A stretch of DNA of 64,000 bases from Cetorhinus maximus (Eukaryota), in NCBI RefSeq assembly GCF_964194155.1, contig NC_135883.1, positions 34,286,001 to 34,350,000 of the forward strand, in the 5' to 3' direction. The notes beneath the pieces were generated by a model. The model was not told the DNA's origin. It did no database searches and saw nothing but the letters and a program-made list of their open reading frames with translations. Below, one piece after another: positions 1-11,924 of the stretch. A program made the position numbers and the translations under genes. Every line of letters starts with the position of its first letter. Position 1 is the first letter of the stretch.

Positions 1-499
1 GACAGCACCGCACCCACCCCACATTAAGCAGAAGAACATTGATAAAAGTATTTTCCCTAGAACAGTGTACTTTTGCAAAAGAAAAGCACTAATTGGAACT
101 TTACCATCAAACTATACAATATACATGTGAGTAAATGCATCTTCACGTTTATGCTGTAAAATTTTTAGTTATAGGCAAATTTGTAAATTAGTTTGAATAA
201 GATGTTTAATTTGGCAATTGGCTGTTCTGCTTCATAATTGATATTTAATACAAATACTGCAGAACAATTAATCTAAAGAATAGGCTGCAAAAGCATAGTT
301 GCCAGACACAGAATTTATGCAATAGGCCTCTATTTGAATTGGGTTTACTCTTACTTTGCCACCTCTGCTCTCGAATGCATTGACACATGGCCATGCTGCC
401 AGCTACCCTCTGGTAATTTACAAATTGGCTAAGCCTCATGCATGGGCCCCAACTTTGAATGTGTGGCAGGCTATTTTATGTAAGAGCATCATCTGAGTT

Positions 500-1697
500 G
501 ATTGGCTGAGAGGCAGAAAGCAGAGGGTGTTGGTAGAGGAATGTTTCTGTGACTGGGAATCTGTTTCCAGTGGGGTTCAGCAGGACTCGGTGCTGGGACC
601 ATTGCTGTTTGTGGTGTACATAAATAATTTGGACTTAAATGTAGCGGGTATGATCAAGAAGTTCGTGGATGACAAGAAAATTGGTAGGGTGGTAAATAGT
701 GCTGAGGATAGTCAGAAACTACAGGAAGATATCAATGGACTGGTCAGGTGGGCAGAGCAGTGGCAAATGGAACTCAATCTCGAAAAGTGAGAGATAATGC
801 ACTTTGGGAGGGCTAACAAGGCAAGGTGGGAGGGCTAACAAGGCAAGGGATTACACTATGAATGGTAGGACCCTGGAAAGTACTGGACATCAGAGGGATC
901 TTGGTATGCATATCCACTGATCCCTGAAGGTAGTAGGGCAGGTAGATAAGGTGGTTAAGACGGCATATGGGATACTTGTCTTTATTAGCCGAGGCGTAGA
1001 ATACAAGAGCAAGGAGGTTATGCTGGAACTGGATAAAACATTGGTTAGGCCACAACTGGAGTACTGCGTGCAGTTCTGGTCACCACATTATAGGAAGGAT
1101 GTGATTGCTCTGGATCATGCAGTTCTGGTCACCACATTATAGGAAGGATGTGTTTGCTCTGGATCATGCAGTTCTGGTCACCACATTATAGGAAGGATGT
1201 GATTGCACTGGAGAGGGTGCAGAGGAGATTTACCAAGATGCTGCCTGGGCTGGAGGGTCTGAGCAATGAGGAAAGATTGGATAGGCTGGGGTTGTTTTCC
1301 TTGGAACAACGAAGGTTGGGAGGGGACCTGATGGCGGTGTATAAGATTTATATGGGGCATAGATAGGATGGATAGGAAGGCACTTTTTCCATTAGTAGAG
1401 GGGCCAATAACCAGGGGCATAGATTTAAGATAAGAGGTATAAAGCTAAGAGGGTTGAGGAGAATTTCTTTCACTGAGGGTGGTGGGTGTCTGGAACGCAC
1501 TGCCTGAAAGGGTGGTTGAGTCAGAAACTCTCGTAACATACAAGTAGTATTTAGATATTCACTCAAGTTGCCATAGCCTCCAGGGCTATGGGCCAAGCAC
1601 TGGAAAATGGGATTAGTGTAGTCAGATCTTTGTTTACTGGTGCGGACACGATGGGCCGAACGGCCTCCTTCTGTGCTGTAAACATCTATAAGTCTAT
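500..1697 (+). mobile_element. CR1-clade LINE, 5'-truncated 3' fragment (RT C-terminus plus 3' UTR), in RPS7 intron 3 and antisense to RPS7
   Basis: ORF pieces GVQQDSVLGPLLFVVYINNLD...KFVDDKKIG and [38 protein letters not shown] are typical CR1 RT motifs; CR1-type 3' end gggccgaacggcctccttctgtgctgta. Confidence 0.92.
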
Positions 1698-2479
1698 GTA
1701 TATTGCGTTGAATGGAAGAGAACTTGCCTTCAAAAATCACCTTGAAATATAATAAAACATCCCCACCCATTTCACTAAAGATTTAACCAAATTTGAAATG
1801 CCCAAAAATATCTGAGTAACAGTATAAAGAGTCTGGAGCTAAATCCAATAACACTTAAAACGGGTGTGAGGATCACAATGCCTGTAGATTGCAATGCTGC
1901 TCATTTCGATTATTTCAATGTCCAACTAGTGATTAAGCAGCTAGCACCAGTTAAAGCTAGCCTGCATAGTTTTAAAGGGGAATAAACACAGAAAATGCTG
2001 GTCAATGCCAAGGGCCTGGATACCGTGCCAAAAGAAAGTCAATTAACCTCTCACAATCGGTTACGGTCAGTGAATGAATCTTCAAATGCCATATCCTGCC
2101 AACTGTATTATTAACCACAGGCATTGCTCAAATTGTCCCCTACCAACAATCTCTATCAATTAGGACTCATATTTTACATTCTAATGCTTCACCTCAGCCT
2201 TGACACTGTTGTAAAGCTCATACCCATATCACAGAGCTTGCACACATCTATTCAACCGTGAAAGACACATCATCCAACAGATTGCACAATGCTCACTGGC
2301 ACACTAAGCTATATGGCAAAATTTCATTTATAAATTGTTTGGAATATTTAATGCTGGCTTTTATTTTTGCAGCAACTGAGCAGACATCATGATGTTAAGT
2401 TGACGGAGGCAAGGTCAGGCATTGGGCTGTTGGTGAATGGGGAATTAGGGTTTCAATTACTAGTATCGCACTCTGGAGT

Positions 2480-2830
2480 TCTTCAGAAATAGGTTGCCTC
2501 CTTTTCTCTTTCTGAGCTGCTTGCTATATGGCTGGTGGCAAGGGTTTTCTGCTCATGATGACAAAGTTCTGCAGCATATAGTCGACTACCACAAATCCTG
2601 TCACCTGCTCTGACACGTACTGCAGGACTCCTGCACAGCAGTCCGGGCAGCAGAAGTATGTTTTCCACTTGTCAGGGGGCTGCTGTATTTTGTGTGGCAT
2701 CATGGCTTTCATCGTATGCAAGCTGCACACTTGGTGCACAACGCATGCACACATCACTAGCAATTTGGTCAGCAGCTAGCCGCTGTGGTCAAGTAGCTAC
2801 ACTTATTTGCTTGTGTTTGTGGCTCAAATG
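2480..2830 (-). mobile_element. PIF/Harbinger transposase C-terminal remnant
   Basis: Minus-strand translation FCCPDCCAGVLQYVSEQVTGFVVVDYMLQNFVIMSRKPLP resembles the Harbinger/HARBI1 motif F-RCLD-SGG-LQY-PE-V--IVV-CC-LHN and the copy near 10.9 kb; boundaries approximate. Confidence 0.7.
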
Positions 2831-3529
2831 AAGCTGGCACAGCAGACTGCTGCACAATGAAGGCATAACACCCCCTATCAGGATACCAGGTAATGACTGC
2901 ATGATTTACTGCCTCTGGTCTCTCATCAATGATGTTGAGGGAGTGGAAGCTCTTTCAGTTCCAGTAATAGGGGAGAATTGATTCAAATTAAATTTAGAAG
3001 CTCACTACCTAGATTCCTGCTGTCCAGCATGAAAAAACCTGAAAAATTAAGGCCAAGATATCAGCAGAAACCACTTGAGGACTCAATTAAGACTTCCAAA
3101 GAGAACAGTCTATATTCACAGGTCCAACAAAACAAATAATGAATATGATAAACAGCATGCAAACCAAGATGTTTGCTGCAAAATATTTCTGTGCCAATCA
3201 ATGCAGCAGTTTGATGCTGGAATCATTTGTGAAAGTCAAAATCCTATGAACAGCAGTCATGTTCTGGTTTTGGTCCAGCAAACCAATCTGCTACATTTCG
3301 ACAATACCTTGGGCAGCTCCTCAAATTTTCAATTTCTGGTGCAGTAGAGAAAGGAATCAGATTTTCCCAACTTCTTGCTAATTAGCTGTTGGATAGTTTT
3401 GCATCTGTTTGTCATTTGACACTTAGGATAATGTTCCAGAAAAAGGGGAAAACTCACCCAATGTACCTGAATACCTGACAACAGAAACTTAAACTTCCTA
3501 ATATCGCACAGAAAAAAGGCCATTTGGCT

Positions 3530-3880
3530 CTAACAGGACATGCTGGTGTTTATGCTCCACTCAAGTCTCCTCCCATCTTTTCTCCTCTAAACCTACCATC
3601 ATAACCATCTATTCCCTTCTTCATATGCTTGTCTAGTTTCCCCTTGAATATATCTTTACTGCTTGCTTCAACCACTCCCTGAGGTTGAGAGTTCCACATT
3701 CTTACAACTCTTTGGGTAAAGGAGTTTTTTCTCCTCTGAATTCCCTATTGGATTCCTTGGCGACCATCTTATATTGCTGGCCTCTAGCTATACCCTTTCC
3801 CACAAGAAGGAACAATCTCTCTGCATCCACTCTATCAAAACCACTCATAATTTTAAACACCTATTAGGTTACCCCTTGGC
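3530..3880 (-). mobile_element. CR1 LINE 3' end remnant
   Basis: Reverse-complement CR1 3' motifs (gagttccacattct, ctctatcaaaaccactcataattttaaacacc) shared with other CR1 tails in the window. Confidence 0.6.
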
Positions 3881-4269
3881 CTTTTTAATGACATAAAATT
3901 ACAACAATATCAGTATTGAAACCGCCCATAGTGAGCTCGCTCTTGATGGTTTAAATCCCAAATGGAATAACAACAAACCAAACCAAGTCCAGTGGATCAG
4001 TCAGCTCTCACTCCAACTCCCTACAAATAATGGCTATTTGGAAGATAAAGGGCAACCACAATTGTAGAATCATACCCTCACAAAGGAGTGACATCTTCAG
4101 GAAAATAGGGAACGAAATTAGGGAACACAAAAAAAGCCACAAACCACAAAGTGACCTCAACGACAAATATGCACAGCTACAATCTCCAAGTTACAAACAT
4201 GATAATATGAACAGGTAAAAATATTCCCTGCAACAAATCTTGCCAATTTACTTTTAACATGAAACACTG

Positions 4270-5150
4270 AAGTTTATATGATTGCTGCTTTTTTTTGGGA
4301 CCAGTAAAATGAAGTGGTCATGTGACCTTTCTGAAGTCTGCCTGACAGCAAGCCTGGGTGGTTGGATTGATGAAGAGTTTTAAAGAGGAGACCAAATTAT
4401 TTTACTGGGAAGAAGGTGCAAGATGTTTACACTTGGAGATGACAGCAGCAGCCTGTGTGCTAACAGTGGAGAGACTGAGAGTCTCTAAAGTCCCAGAATG
4501 TCAGGTTGTAAACAGTTTTACTTTAAACTGTCCATTCACTTCCAAGATAAGTGTGTGTTGAAGTCCCAAGGATAGCCAGTAAGCATTTCTACCTGGATAC
4601 AAGGTCCATGTAATTTACAATGCCAAGGAGAGGGAAAGGGCTTCTAAGGTCGCTGAAGACTCAGACACATTCAGTCTGCCAGGATTCAGAAGTGAGCTCA
4701 CGCTCTGACTGGAAAGACAAAATTTGTGGGGAGTTAAAACGAGGCTGGAGGATTTGCCTAGCTTTAGCAAGGGGGAAAAGTCTCCAGTAAAACATGAAAA
4801 GATCGTTCTGGAGTTAAAGGTTTCCAGGCAGGGAAAGGACAACATTGGAAGTAAACCCTTGAAGCTAAAAATCATTTTGGACTGATTCTGGGAGAATTGA
4901 AAGTCTACTTAAAGGACAGTGTAAAGAATACTTGTGAAGGGTATTTTTTTCGGTTGTGTTAAATATAAAAAGGGCAAAGTTCTGTTCTCTGGTTTAAGGT
5001 ATAGGTTGCCTACAAATATGTTTAGTCAATAGCATTTTGAGTCTGATATTATATTAAAAGTCTTAAAACGTGGCATCTTGTGTTAACCTTTCAGCTATTA
5101 ACAGAAGTTTGAATATCTTTTTAAAAAGTTACTGGGCTTCTGTTACAATC
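4270..5150 (+). mobile_element. Degenerate LTR-like element related to those at 22467, 30425 and 49036
   Basis: attaaaagtcttaaaacgtggcatcttgtg (about 5052-5082) is the reverse complement of the acaagatttcacgttttaagacttttactg block in the LTRs at 22.5 and 30.5 kb; termini not resolved. Confidence 0.45.
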
Positions 5151-5405
5151 CTCGTAGAGACCAAGTCTGCCTGTACAAAACACTGGTTACATCAGTCAGA
5201 ATCGCATGTGCAGTTCGGACCACACTATTATAAATAAGATAAAAAAGAGAGCTTAGATTTACAAGGATGTCAGAGAAAAGAATGGATAAACCAAAACTAT
5301 TTTTTTTAAAATTCAGGAACGGTTAACAACATAAATTATGAAGTTTTGACAGTCAATATCGAAAGACCATTGCCTCTGCTTGGTGAGTCAAGGGTATTAG
5401 CCATT

Positions 5406-5545
5406 AGCTCTGAAGAAGGTGTCATACAGACTCAAAACGTTAACTGTTTCTCTCTCCAGATGCTGCTAGGCCTGCTGAATTTTTGCAGCATTTTCTGTTT
5501 TTGCTTCATGTTTCCAACATCCGCAGTATTTTGCTTTTATCTTTG
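5406..5545 (+). mobile_element. Penelope-like element terminal fragment with degenerate hammerhead motif (5406-5445)
   Basis: agctCTGAAGAaggtgtcatacagactcAAAACGTTaact followed by the gatgctg...gctgaattttt...ccgcagtattttgctttt terminus shared with the 14.1 and 18.9 kb copies. Confidence 0.8.
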
Positions 5546-5787
5546 TATTAGCTATCAATTTAGACTTGTGCGCATTTTAAAATAATACAGGGCACTGGGA
5601 TTATCGTTGGATCGCTCTGATTTACAATATGGCATAGACCTAATGCACGGAATGGCTCTGGATTAAAAAATGCCTCAAGGTAATTGCATAACATGAACTG
5701 CAAAGAACTTTTAATAATATTAAAACATTCTATTCTCTTTTCCGAGCACAAGAAATAGACGTCAAGATGATTTTATAGGAAACCCAC

Positions 5788-5859
5788 CTTAGCAGCTGTA
5801 ATGTTCAGCTCCCGTAACTGAGCCTTCAGGTCAGAGTTCATTTCAAGTTCCAGAAGAGC
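5788..5859 (-). CDS. RPS7: 40S ribosomal protein S7 (eS7), exon 3
   Basis: 72 nt encoding ALLELEMNSDLKAQLRELNITAAK, matching the human RPS7 sequence as I recall it; flanked by ttgtag acceptor and gtgggt donor. Confidence 0.98.
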
Positions 5860-5989
5860 CTACAAGTCGAAGCAATTAACAGTCAAGAACCCATCTCATG
5901 CAGTTCTATAACAGAAATTTCTTATAACCACGCAGCCTTGCAGACCAAAAGGTGTCAACTGACCGACAACTTGGAGCAAAAAGACAGAG

Positions 5990-6320
5990 GAGAAATTTTG
6001 ATAGAAGTGTACAAGATCGACAAGTTTAGATAAAGTAGACAGACAAGCTGTGCCCATTAGCTGATGGTACAAAGACTTGGGGACAGATTAAAATTTTAGG
6101 CAAAAGGTTCCAGGAGGATGTTGAGGAACATTTTTTTTTACACAAGTCACAATGGCTTGGAACTCTGTCTACGAGTGTGGTGAAAGTGGAGAAGATGAAT
6201 AAGTTCAAAAGAAAATTAGATGTGCAATTGCTGGGCTATGGGGATTGAGGGGGGCAAAGGGCCTGACTGGATTGCTCTGCAGTGATGGGCCGAATAGCCT
6301 CCTTTTGTGCCGTTATGACT
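5990..6320 (+). mobile_element. CR1 LINE 3' end remnant in RPS7 intron 2
   Basis: tttgatagaagtgtacaagat...tggaactct...gatgggccgaatagcctccttttgtgccgt CR1 tail. Confidence 0.7.
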
Positions 6321-6383
6321 GTAAGCTCATATTTTAATAGCATTTGACCATCGACTCAATACAAAGGCTGAGCTAAGGACTTA

Positions 6384-6557
<174 letters not shown>

Positions 6558-6579
6558 CTAGCAATCAGCCACTGTTTTT

Positions 6580-7340
6580 AAAGACACCGCGCCTGTAAAT
6601 AAGCAAGAGAACACCCGCATGTCGGCAGCGGGCGTCAGCCTGGGGCGGTTCAGTCGGCTTTAACGCAGGTACCGATCCGGGGGAGGCGCAGATGGGCCGC
6701 TAAACACATTGGCAGCCCATGCAGAAAGACTACTTTACAACCCCGGGGCAGGGGGGAATGAAGGTTGATGCGGCCACGGCCTATGCAGAATGGAACGCTG
6801 CCCGGGGCTGGGATCGCGAGCCCGGCTAGCAGGGGGTGCGGCGGGAAAGAGTTGGGGACTGTACGGCTTTCCCCCGGGTGAGCAGGATGGAACGCAGCCC
6901 GGGACCCCTATCGCGAGCCCGAGACTCCGATCGCGAGCCCGGCAGCACCCCACCCCCCAACTACTCCCGGCCCCAAGCGCATGGCCCAGTTCCACTCCAG
7001 GCCGCCGCGCGCAGACTCAGTCCGGTCCGCCATTCCCCCACCTGACATGTAATAAAACCCCCGGACCCCCGCTCTCACAGCAGCCATCCGCCCGCGCGAG
7101 TGCCCGAATCGGAGCCATCTCTTCCCCACCGCCCGCTCCCCGACGTTCGTCCGTCCATTTCGGGCAGATTGGCACCGTAATTTGAGGGAAATGTGCGGAG
7201 CCCGGAGAAACCCTCACCGACCTGAATGAAGAGCGGCCGAGAAAAGAGGGGGAACTATCGCGAGATTTTGTTTTTTTTCATGAAAAGCCCCGCCTCCTCC
7301 TGAAGCGAGGGATGATGGGAGTCGGTGGCGGTACCATAGA
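6580..7340 (-). promoter_or_regulatory. RPS7 CpG island/promoter with TCTCGCGAGA-like palindrome (7256-7265), GC box (about 7287-7295) and YY1-like ccgccatt (7027-7034)
   Basis: High CpG density; TATCGCGAGA abuts the TOP tract; these motifs are typical of vertebrate ribosomal protein gene promoters. Confidence 0.75.
7218..7254 (-). other. RPS7: RPS7 non-coding exon 1 beginning in a 5'TOP/TCT polypyrimidine initiator
   Basis: Minus strand ttccccctcttttctcggccgctcttcattcaggtcg|gtgagg: pyrimidine tract followed by a GTGAG donor, within a CpG island; exact TSS inferred. Confidence 0.8.
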
Positions 7341-7394
7341 AACGGGTTGGTCTCTGCTGTCCTCAATCAGCAACAAGACAGTGTGGAAAAGAAA

Positions 7395-7690
7395 GGATAA
7401 AAGCAAAAAAAACTGCGGATGCTGGAAATCCAAAACAAAAATAAAAATACCTGGAAAAACTCAGCAGGTTTGACAGCTTCTGCAGAGAGGAACACAGTTA
7501 ACGTTTCGAGTCCGTATGACTCTTCGACAGAACTAAGGAAAAATAGAAGAGAGGTGAAATATAAGCTGGTTTAAGGGGGTTGGGACAAGTAGAGCTGGAT
7601 AGAGGGCCAGTGATAGGTGGAGATAACCAAAAGATGTCATAGACAAAAGGACAAAGAGGTGTTGACGGTGGTGATATTAGTTAAGAGAAT
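7395..7690 (-). mobile_element. Penelope-like terminal fragment with hammerhead-like motif (7496-7534)
   Basis: Closely similar to 18872-19170; minus strand agttCTGTCGAagagtcatacggactcGAAACGTTaact. Confidence 0.88.
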
Positions 7691-7794
7691 GAAGAATTCT
7701 ACTTCTAAGTTCACAATTACTATCCCACCTTTAGGCTCTTTCTGCCTCCATGGATAACTACAATTGTACAGGGGTTTTGTGAGGGCACAGCCTT

Positions 7795-8190
7795 TTAATT
7801 TATTCTTTCATGGGATGTGGGCGTCACTGGTTACACTACGAGAAGGTGGTGGTGGTGAGCTTCCTTCTTGAACCGCTGTAGTCCATGTGGTGTAGGTGCA
7901 CCCAGGGAGGGAGTTCTAGGATTTTGATCCAGTGACAGTGAAGGAACGGCGATATATTTCCAAGTCAGGATGGTGAGTGACTTGGAGGGAACTTCCAGGT
8001 GGTGGTGTTCCCGCCTAACTGCTGCCCTTGTCCTTCTCGACGGTAGCAGTCGTGGGTTTGTAAGGTGCTGTTTGAGGAGCCTCGGTGAGTTGCAGCAGTG
8101 CATCTTGTAGATGGTACACACTGCTGCCACTGTGTGTCAGTGGTGGTGGGAGTGAATGTTTGTGGATGGGGTGCCAATCAAGTAGGCTGT
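7795..8190 (-). mobile_element. 3' fragment of the CR1/L2-group LINE family also present at 44.7-46.2 kb
   Basis: Reverse complement of the ...gcagcggttcaagaag...caccaccaccttctc...gcccacatcccatgaa A-tail seen at 46.1 kb; a second copy lies at about 8478-8860. Confidence 0.8.
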
Positions 8191-8477
8191 TTCACCATCA
8201 AATGTCACCGCAATATGGCATATCCAGGAGTAGAAACGTTTAAAGATGCCACTGGCATTGGGCATTGACCTATCCCCATCAGTATATATTGCTCCCAGCT
8301 TGAGCAATGGATCCCAAACTGTAATAAGATTAGTGCAACAAACTTTGTGAGTGCCTCCTACTCAGGTATAATGTGAGTATGAATACCACAACCTTCTCTC
8401 TTCCATAATGAAAAGAACAGGGGATAAAAGCAATGAGAGAGAAAGTGAGTGAAAACAAGATAATATTTCAGTTTGTT

Positions 8478-9375
8478 TTTTTTATTCATTCATGGGATGT
8501 GGGTGTCACTGGCTAGGCCAGCGTTTATTGCCCATCCCTAATTGCCCTTGAGAAGGTGGTGGTGAGTTGCCTTGAACCACTGCAGTCCATGTGGTGCAGG
8601 TACAACCACCAGTGCTGTCAGGGAGGGAGTTCCAGGATTTTGACTCAGTGACAGTGAAGGAATGGGGATATAATTCCAAGACAGGGTGGTGTGTGGCTTG
8701 GAGGGGAACTTGCAGGCCGTAGTGCTCCCATGCATTTACTGTCCTTGTCTTTCTAGGTGGTACAGCTCGCTGTCAAAGAAGCCTTGGTGAGTTGCTGCAA
8801 TGCAACTTGTAGATGGTACACACTGCTACCACTGTCCATCAGGAGTGGAAGGAGTGAATGTTTAAGATACTGTGTGAAGTTTTGGTCCCCATATTTAAGG
8901 AAGCATATACTTGCATTGGAGGCAGTACAGCAAAGGTTCACTAGATTGTTCCCAGGATTGAAGGGATTGACATATGAGGAGAGATTGAGTGGACTAGGCC
9001 TATATTCCATGGAGTATAGAAAAAATAGAGGTGCTCTCATTGAAACATATAAAAATTCTGAAGGGGCTTTATAAGGTAGACACTGAGAGGTTGTTTCTCC
9101 CGGCTGGGAAATCTAGAACATGGGAGTCACAGTCACAGAATAGGGAGTCGATCATTTAGAACTGAGAGGAGGAGAAATTTCTTCACTCAAAGGGTTATCA
9201 ATCCTTGGGACTTCTCTACCTCAGACAGTTGTGAATACTTAGTTGTTGGGTATGTTCAAGACAGAGGTCAATAGATTTATTTAGGAATTAAGGGATACAG
9301 GGATAGCACAGGAATGTGGAGTTGAGGTAGAAGATCAGCCATGAATTGTTGAATGGCAGAGCAGACTCAAATAGC
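8478..9375. mobile_element. LINE 3' tail (minus, about 8478-8860) fused to a CR1 3' fragment (plus, about 8866-9375)
   Basis: Tail as at 7795; ORF YCVKFWSPYLRKHILALEAVQQRFTRLFPGLKGLTYEERL is a CR1 RT C-terminus. Confidence 0.8.
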
Positions 9376-9849
9376 CATATTTCAAATTTCCAGCATCTGT
9401 AGTACTTAGCTTTTGGCCACCTTTTTATCCCCCCGCTCCACCATTACCAACATACACATATCTTCCTCAACTGTTTCTCTCTCTTCAAGAATATCCAGGG
9501 CCTCCTTCAAGTGACTATTCTCCACATGCAGCAAGTCTGAAAAGATGCAGCTAGTACCTATGTGCTAACCTGGAATACTAGTTAAAAAAAAGCTTACTAG
9601 TGACCTATAGAAATCTGGCAGCAGCAAAAATCTGATTGCTCAAAATGATTCACAACTCTGGGCTTATGACATAGTGACAGCAACTTCAGTGGGGAGATCG
9701 TAAACAAAAACTGAAAACACTGGAGACATTCAGCATGTTTGGCAACCTTTGCCAAGAAAAGATGTCAGTTGACTTTTCAGGTGTAAACCCTTTAGGACTG
9801 AAAAGATATTACAGATGAACTGTATTTAAAAAGCTGTCAATATTAAATA

Positions 9850-10262
9850 CTGCTTAGATGGGGAACTCTTTAACCTCAGCCGCCTCCATGCCAAAATTGA
9901 CCATCATAGACATACGTAATCTACAGTTTGCAGACGACTGCAGTGTTGTTGCCCACTCTGTACCAGATTTGCAAGCCACTCTCAATCTCTTATAGGAACA
10001 TAGGACTTCGGAGCAGGAGTAGACCATTCAGCCCTTTGAGCCTGCTCCACCATTCAATAAGATCATGGCTGATCTGGTTGTGTTCTCAACTCCACTTTGC
10101 CATCTGCCCCCCATAACATTTGACTCCCTTGTCCGTCAAAAATCTGTCTAACTCTGCCTTGAATAAATTCAATGACCCATCCTCCACTGCTTTCTGGGGA
10201 AGAGAATTCCACAGACTAACGACCCGTTGAGAGAAAGAATTTCTCCTCATCTCCGTCTTAGA
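9850..10262. mobile_element. Short RTE RT fragment (plus, about 9850-9990) adjoining a CR1 3' end (minus, about 9993-10262)
   Basis: GELFNLSRL...LQFADDCSVVAHS RTE motif; EMRRNSFSQRVVSLWNSLPQKAVE CR1 motif. Confidence 0.7.
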
Positions 10263-10799
10263 CTCTGGAATGGTGATTGAGGTGGGGGTTATGCACATAC
10301 CATTTATTGTTGAGCCTTGAAGGTAGTGGCAAAGCTGAGCTTCTTGACATATGGTGGTTTCTATGTTTGTCAAGCTTTGTTAGTCGGGAGAGTGGAACCA
10401 CACTGGAAAGCAGCATATGGTGTTCACCCCCAGAAACTGTTGTCTCAGTAGTGTCTGCAGCTGAAGCAATCCATATTTTGTAAGTGAACAGATAGAGTTC
10501 TTAGCCAGGCCTTGTCAGGATTGGAGCGTGTGTGACTGAGTCATGTGCGACCTCCTTCCAAGTCAAAAGTATGTTGTTTTGATGAGACCATGGATGTGGC
10601 TTGCTCATGCCAAGGGCCTGAAGTCTTTTCCGTTATAGGTGCCGGGCATCGTGAGCCTGTAGGTTGGTCTGAAGGGAGTGTGCCAGATGTGGTGGCATGC
10701 CCACAGCAACATTTCTTGAGGTGGAAATCAAGAGATCCTGCAGGGCCTTCACTCTGGCTGAAATCAAGATGCAGTGAGGATCTCATGGGCCTGTCTGAG

Positions 10800-11720
10800 G
10801 ATGAATCCAGCTCCTCCATCTTGCCAGCTGGCAATTCCTCATCTCTTTGCTGTGCTAGGTTATGTAGAACCACAACGATCCAAGATACCCTCTCTTACTA
10901 CAGTGCTCTGCCTGAGCAGTCTGGGCAGCAAAACCTCATCTTCAGTAATCCAATAGTCTGTTATATTGTTGACCCTTTTGAGGTATGGAGGCATTGTACC
11001 TCTTTGCTGGGCTTTGTGGATTCTGTACAGCTGTCATGAGCCAGGTCTTCCAGGATATCACCTGTCACCGAGGAACCAGCCCTGAGGTTGCGCAGGGGGA
11101 GCAAACACTTGACAGTGACTGAGAATGTACTGAGAGCTCCCTGGGAAGCAAGCACACACCTGCAGGATTTATTTTCAGTTGTCACAAACCAGCTGTACAT
11201 TGATGGAATGAAATCCCTTTCAATTTACGAATGCTGCTGGCTGTTTCCAGGGAGCTCTCAGCGCCACATGTGTGAAATCAATTGCTCCTTGTACTTGTGG
11301 AAATCCAGCTATGGAGCCAAATCCAACAGCTCTGGCTGCCTGGCTCTCAGGGTCTGAGGTGAATCACACACAATCATCAGCCCATTGGTCCCATAATCAC
11401 GGCATTGCTGAACTCCCTTGTGCATCTGCGTGTGGCTGACTGGGAGATGCCACACATATCCCCCGTGGAGCCCTGGAATGACCAGGTGGCATAGAAATTC
11501 AAGACAGTGGTGACTTTTAAGGCTACCGTCAAAGCATTGTCTCCTATTCCACGGGGTTGTAGGTCTTCTTGCAGGAGCCAGCATAGATTAGTGACTGACT
11601 GCCATGACATCCTCAGTCTTTGATATTGGCTTGCTGACGTGCAGATAGTTACTCCGTGTGTGATACATTCAGTTACGCATCATTGCTCAGCAGTGCACTG
11701 GCCCCTCATAGCCAACATCT
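10800..11720 (-). mobile_element. PIF/Harbinger DDE transposase pseudogene covering nearly the full domain
   Basis: Minus strand: ALKVTTVLNFYATWSFQGSTGDMCGISQS, GFPQVQGAIDFTHVAL, KGFHSINVQLVCD, GWFLGD, TIGLLKMRFCCPDCSG, LHNLAQQR; several stops and frameshifts. Confidence 0.9.
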
Positions 11721-11924
11721 TGAGCTGTCTGACCATCTGCTGCTGCCCTTTCCTTTCCTTCCGGACATTGCTGTGACTGGCCCTTGCCATCCTTTGCCAG
11801 GTGACCATCCTGTCTGCCTGAAGTGCACTGAGGAAAGAAGACAGGCAAAGATCTGGTCAGCACAGCCTATATGGCCCTCCTTCCTGACCTAATGACTGTG
11901 GACCAATGGGGAGCCCACTGCTAT

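Noticed and set aside
1069-1212. CRISPR-like repeat array
   Set aside because: Contiguous tandem duplication without unique spacers, inside a eukaryotic LINE
2655-2670. SGKH peptide suggesting RPS7 exon 4
   Set aside because: Flanking residues do not match RPS7 and the segment belongs to the Harbinger relic; exon 4 must lie left of the window
6735-7217. Several overlapping GC-rich ORFs of up to 131 aa
   Set aside because: Stop-poor CpG-island sequence in RPS7 intron 1; Pro/Gly/Arg-rich translations with no recognisable domain
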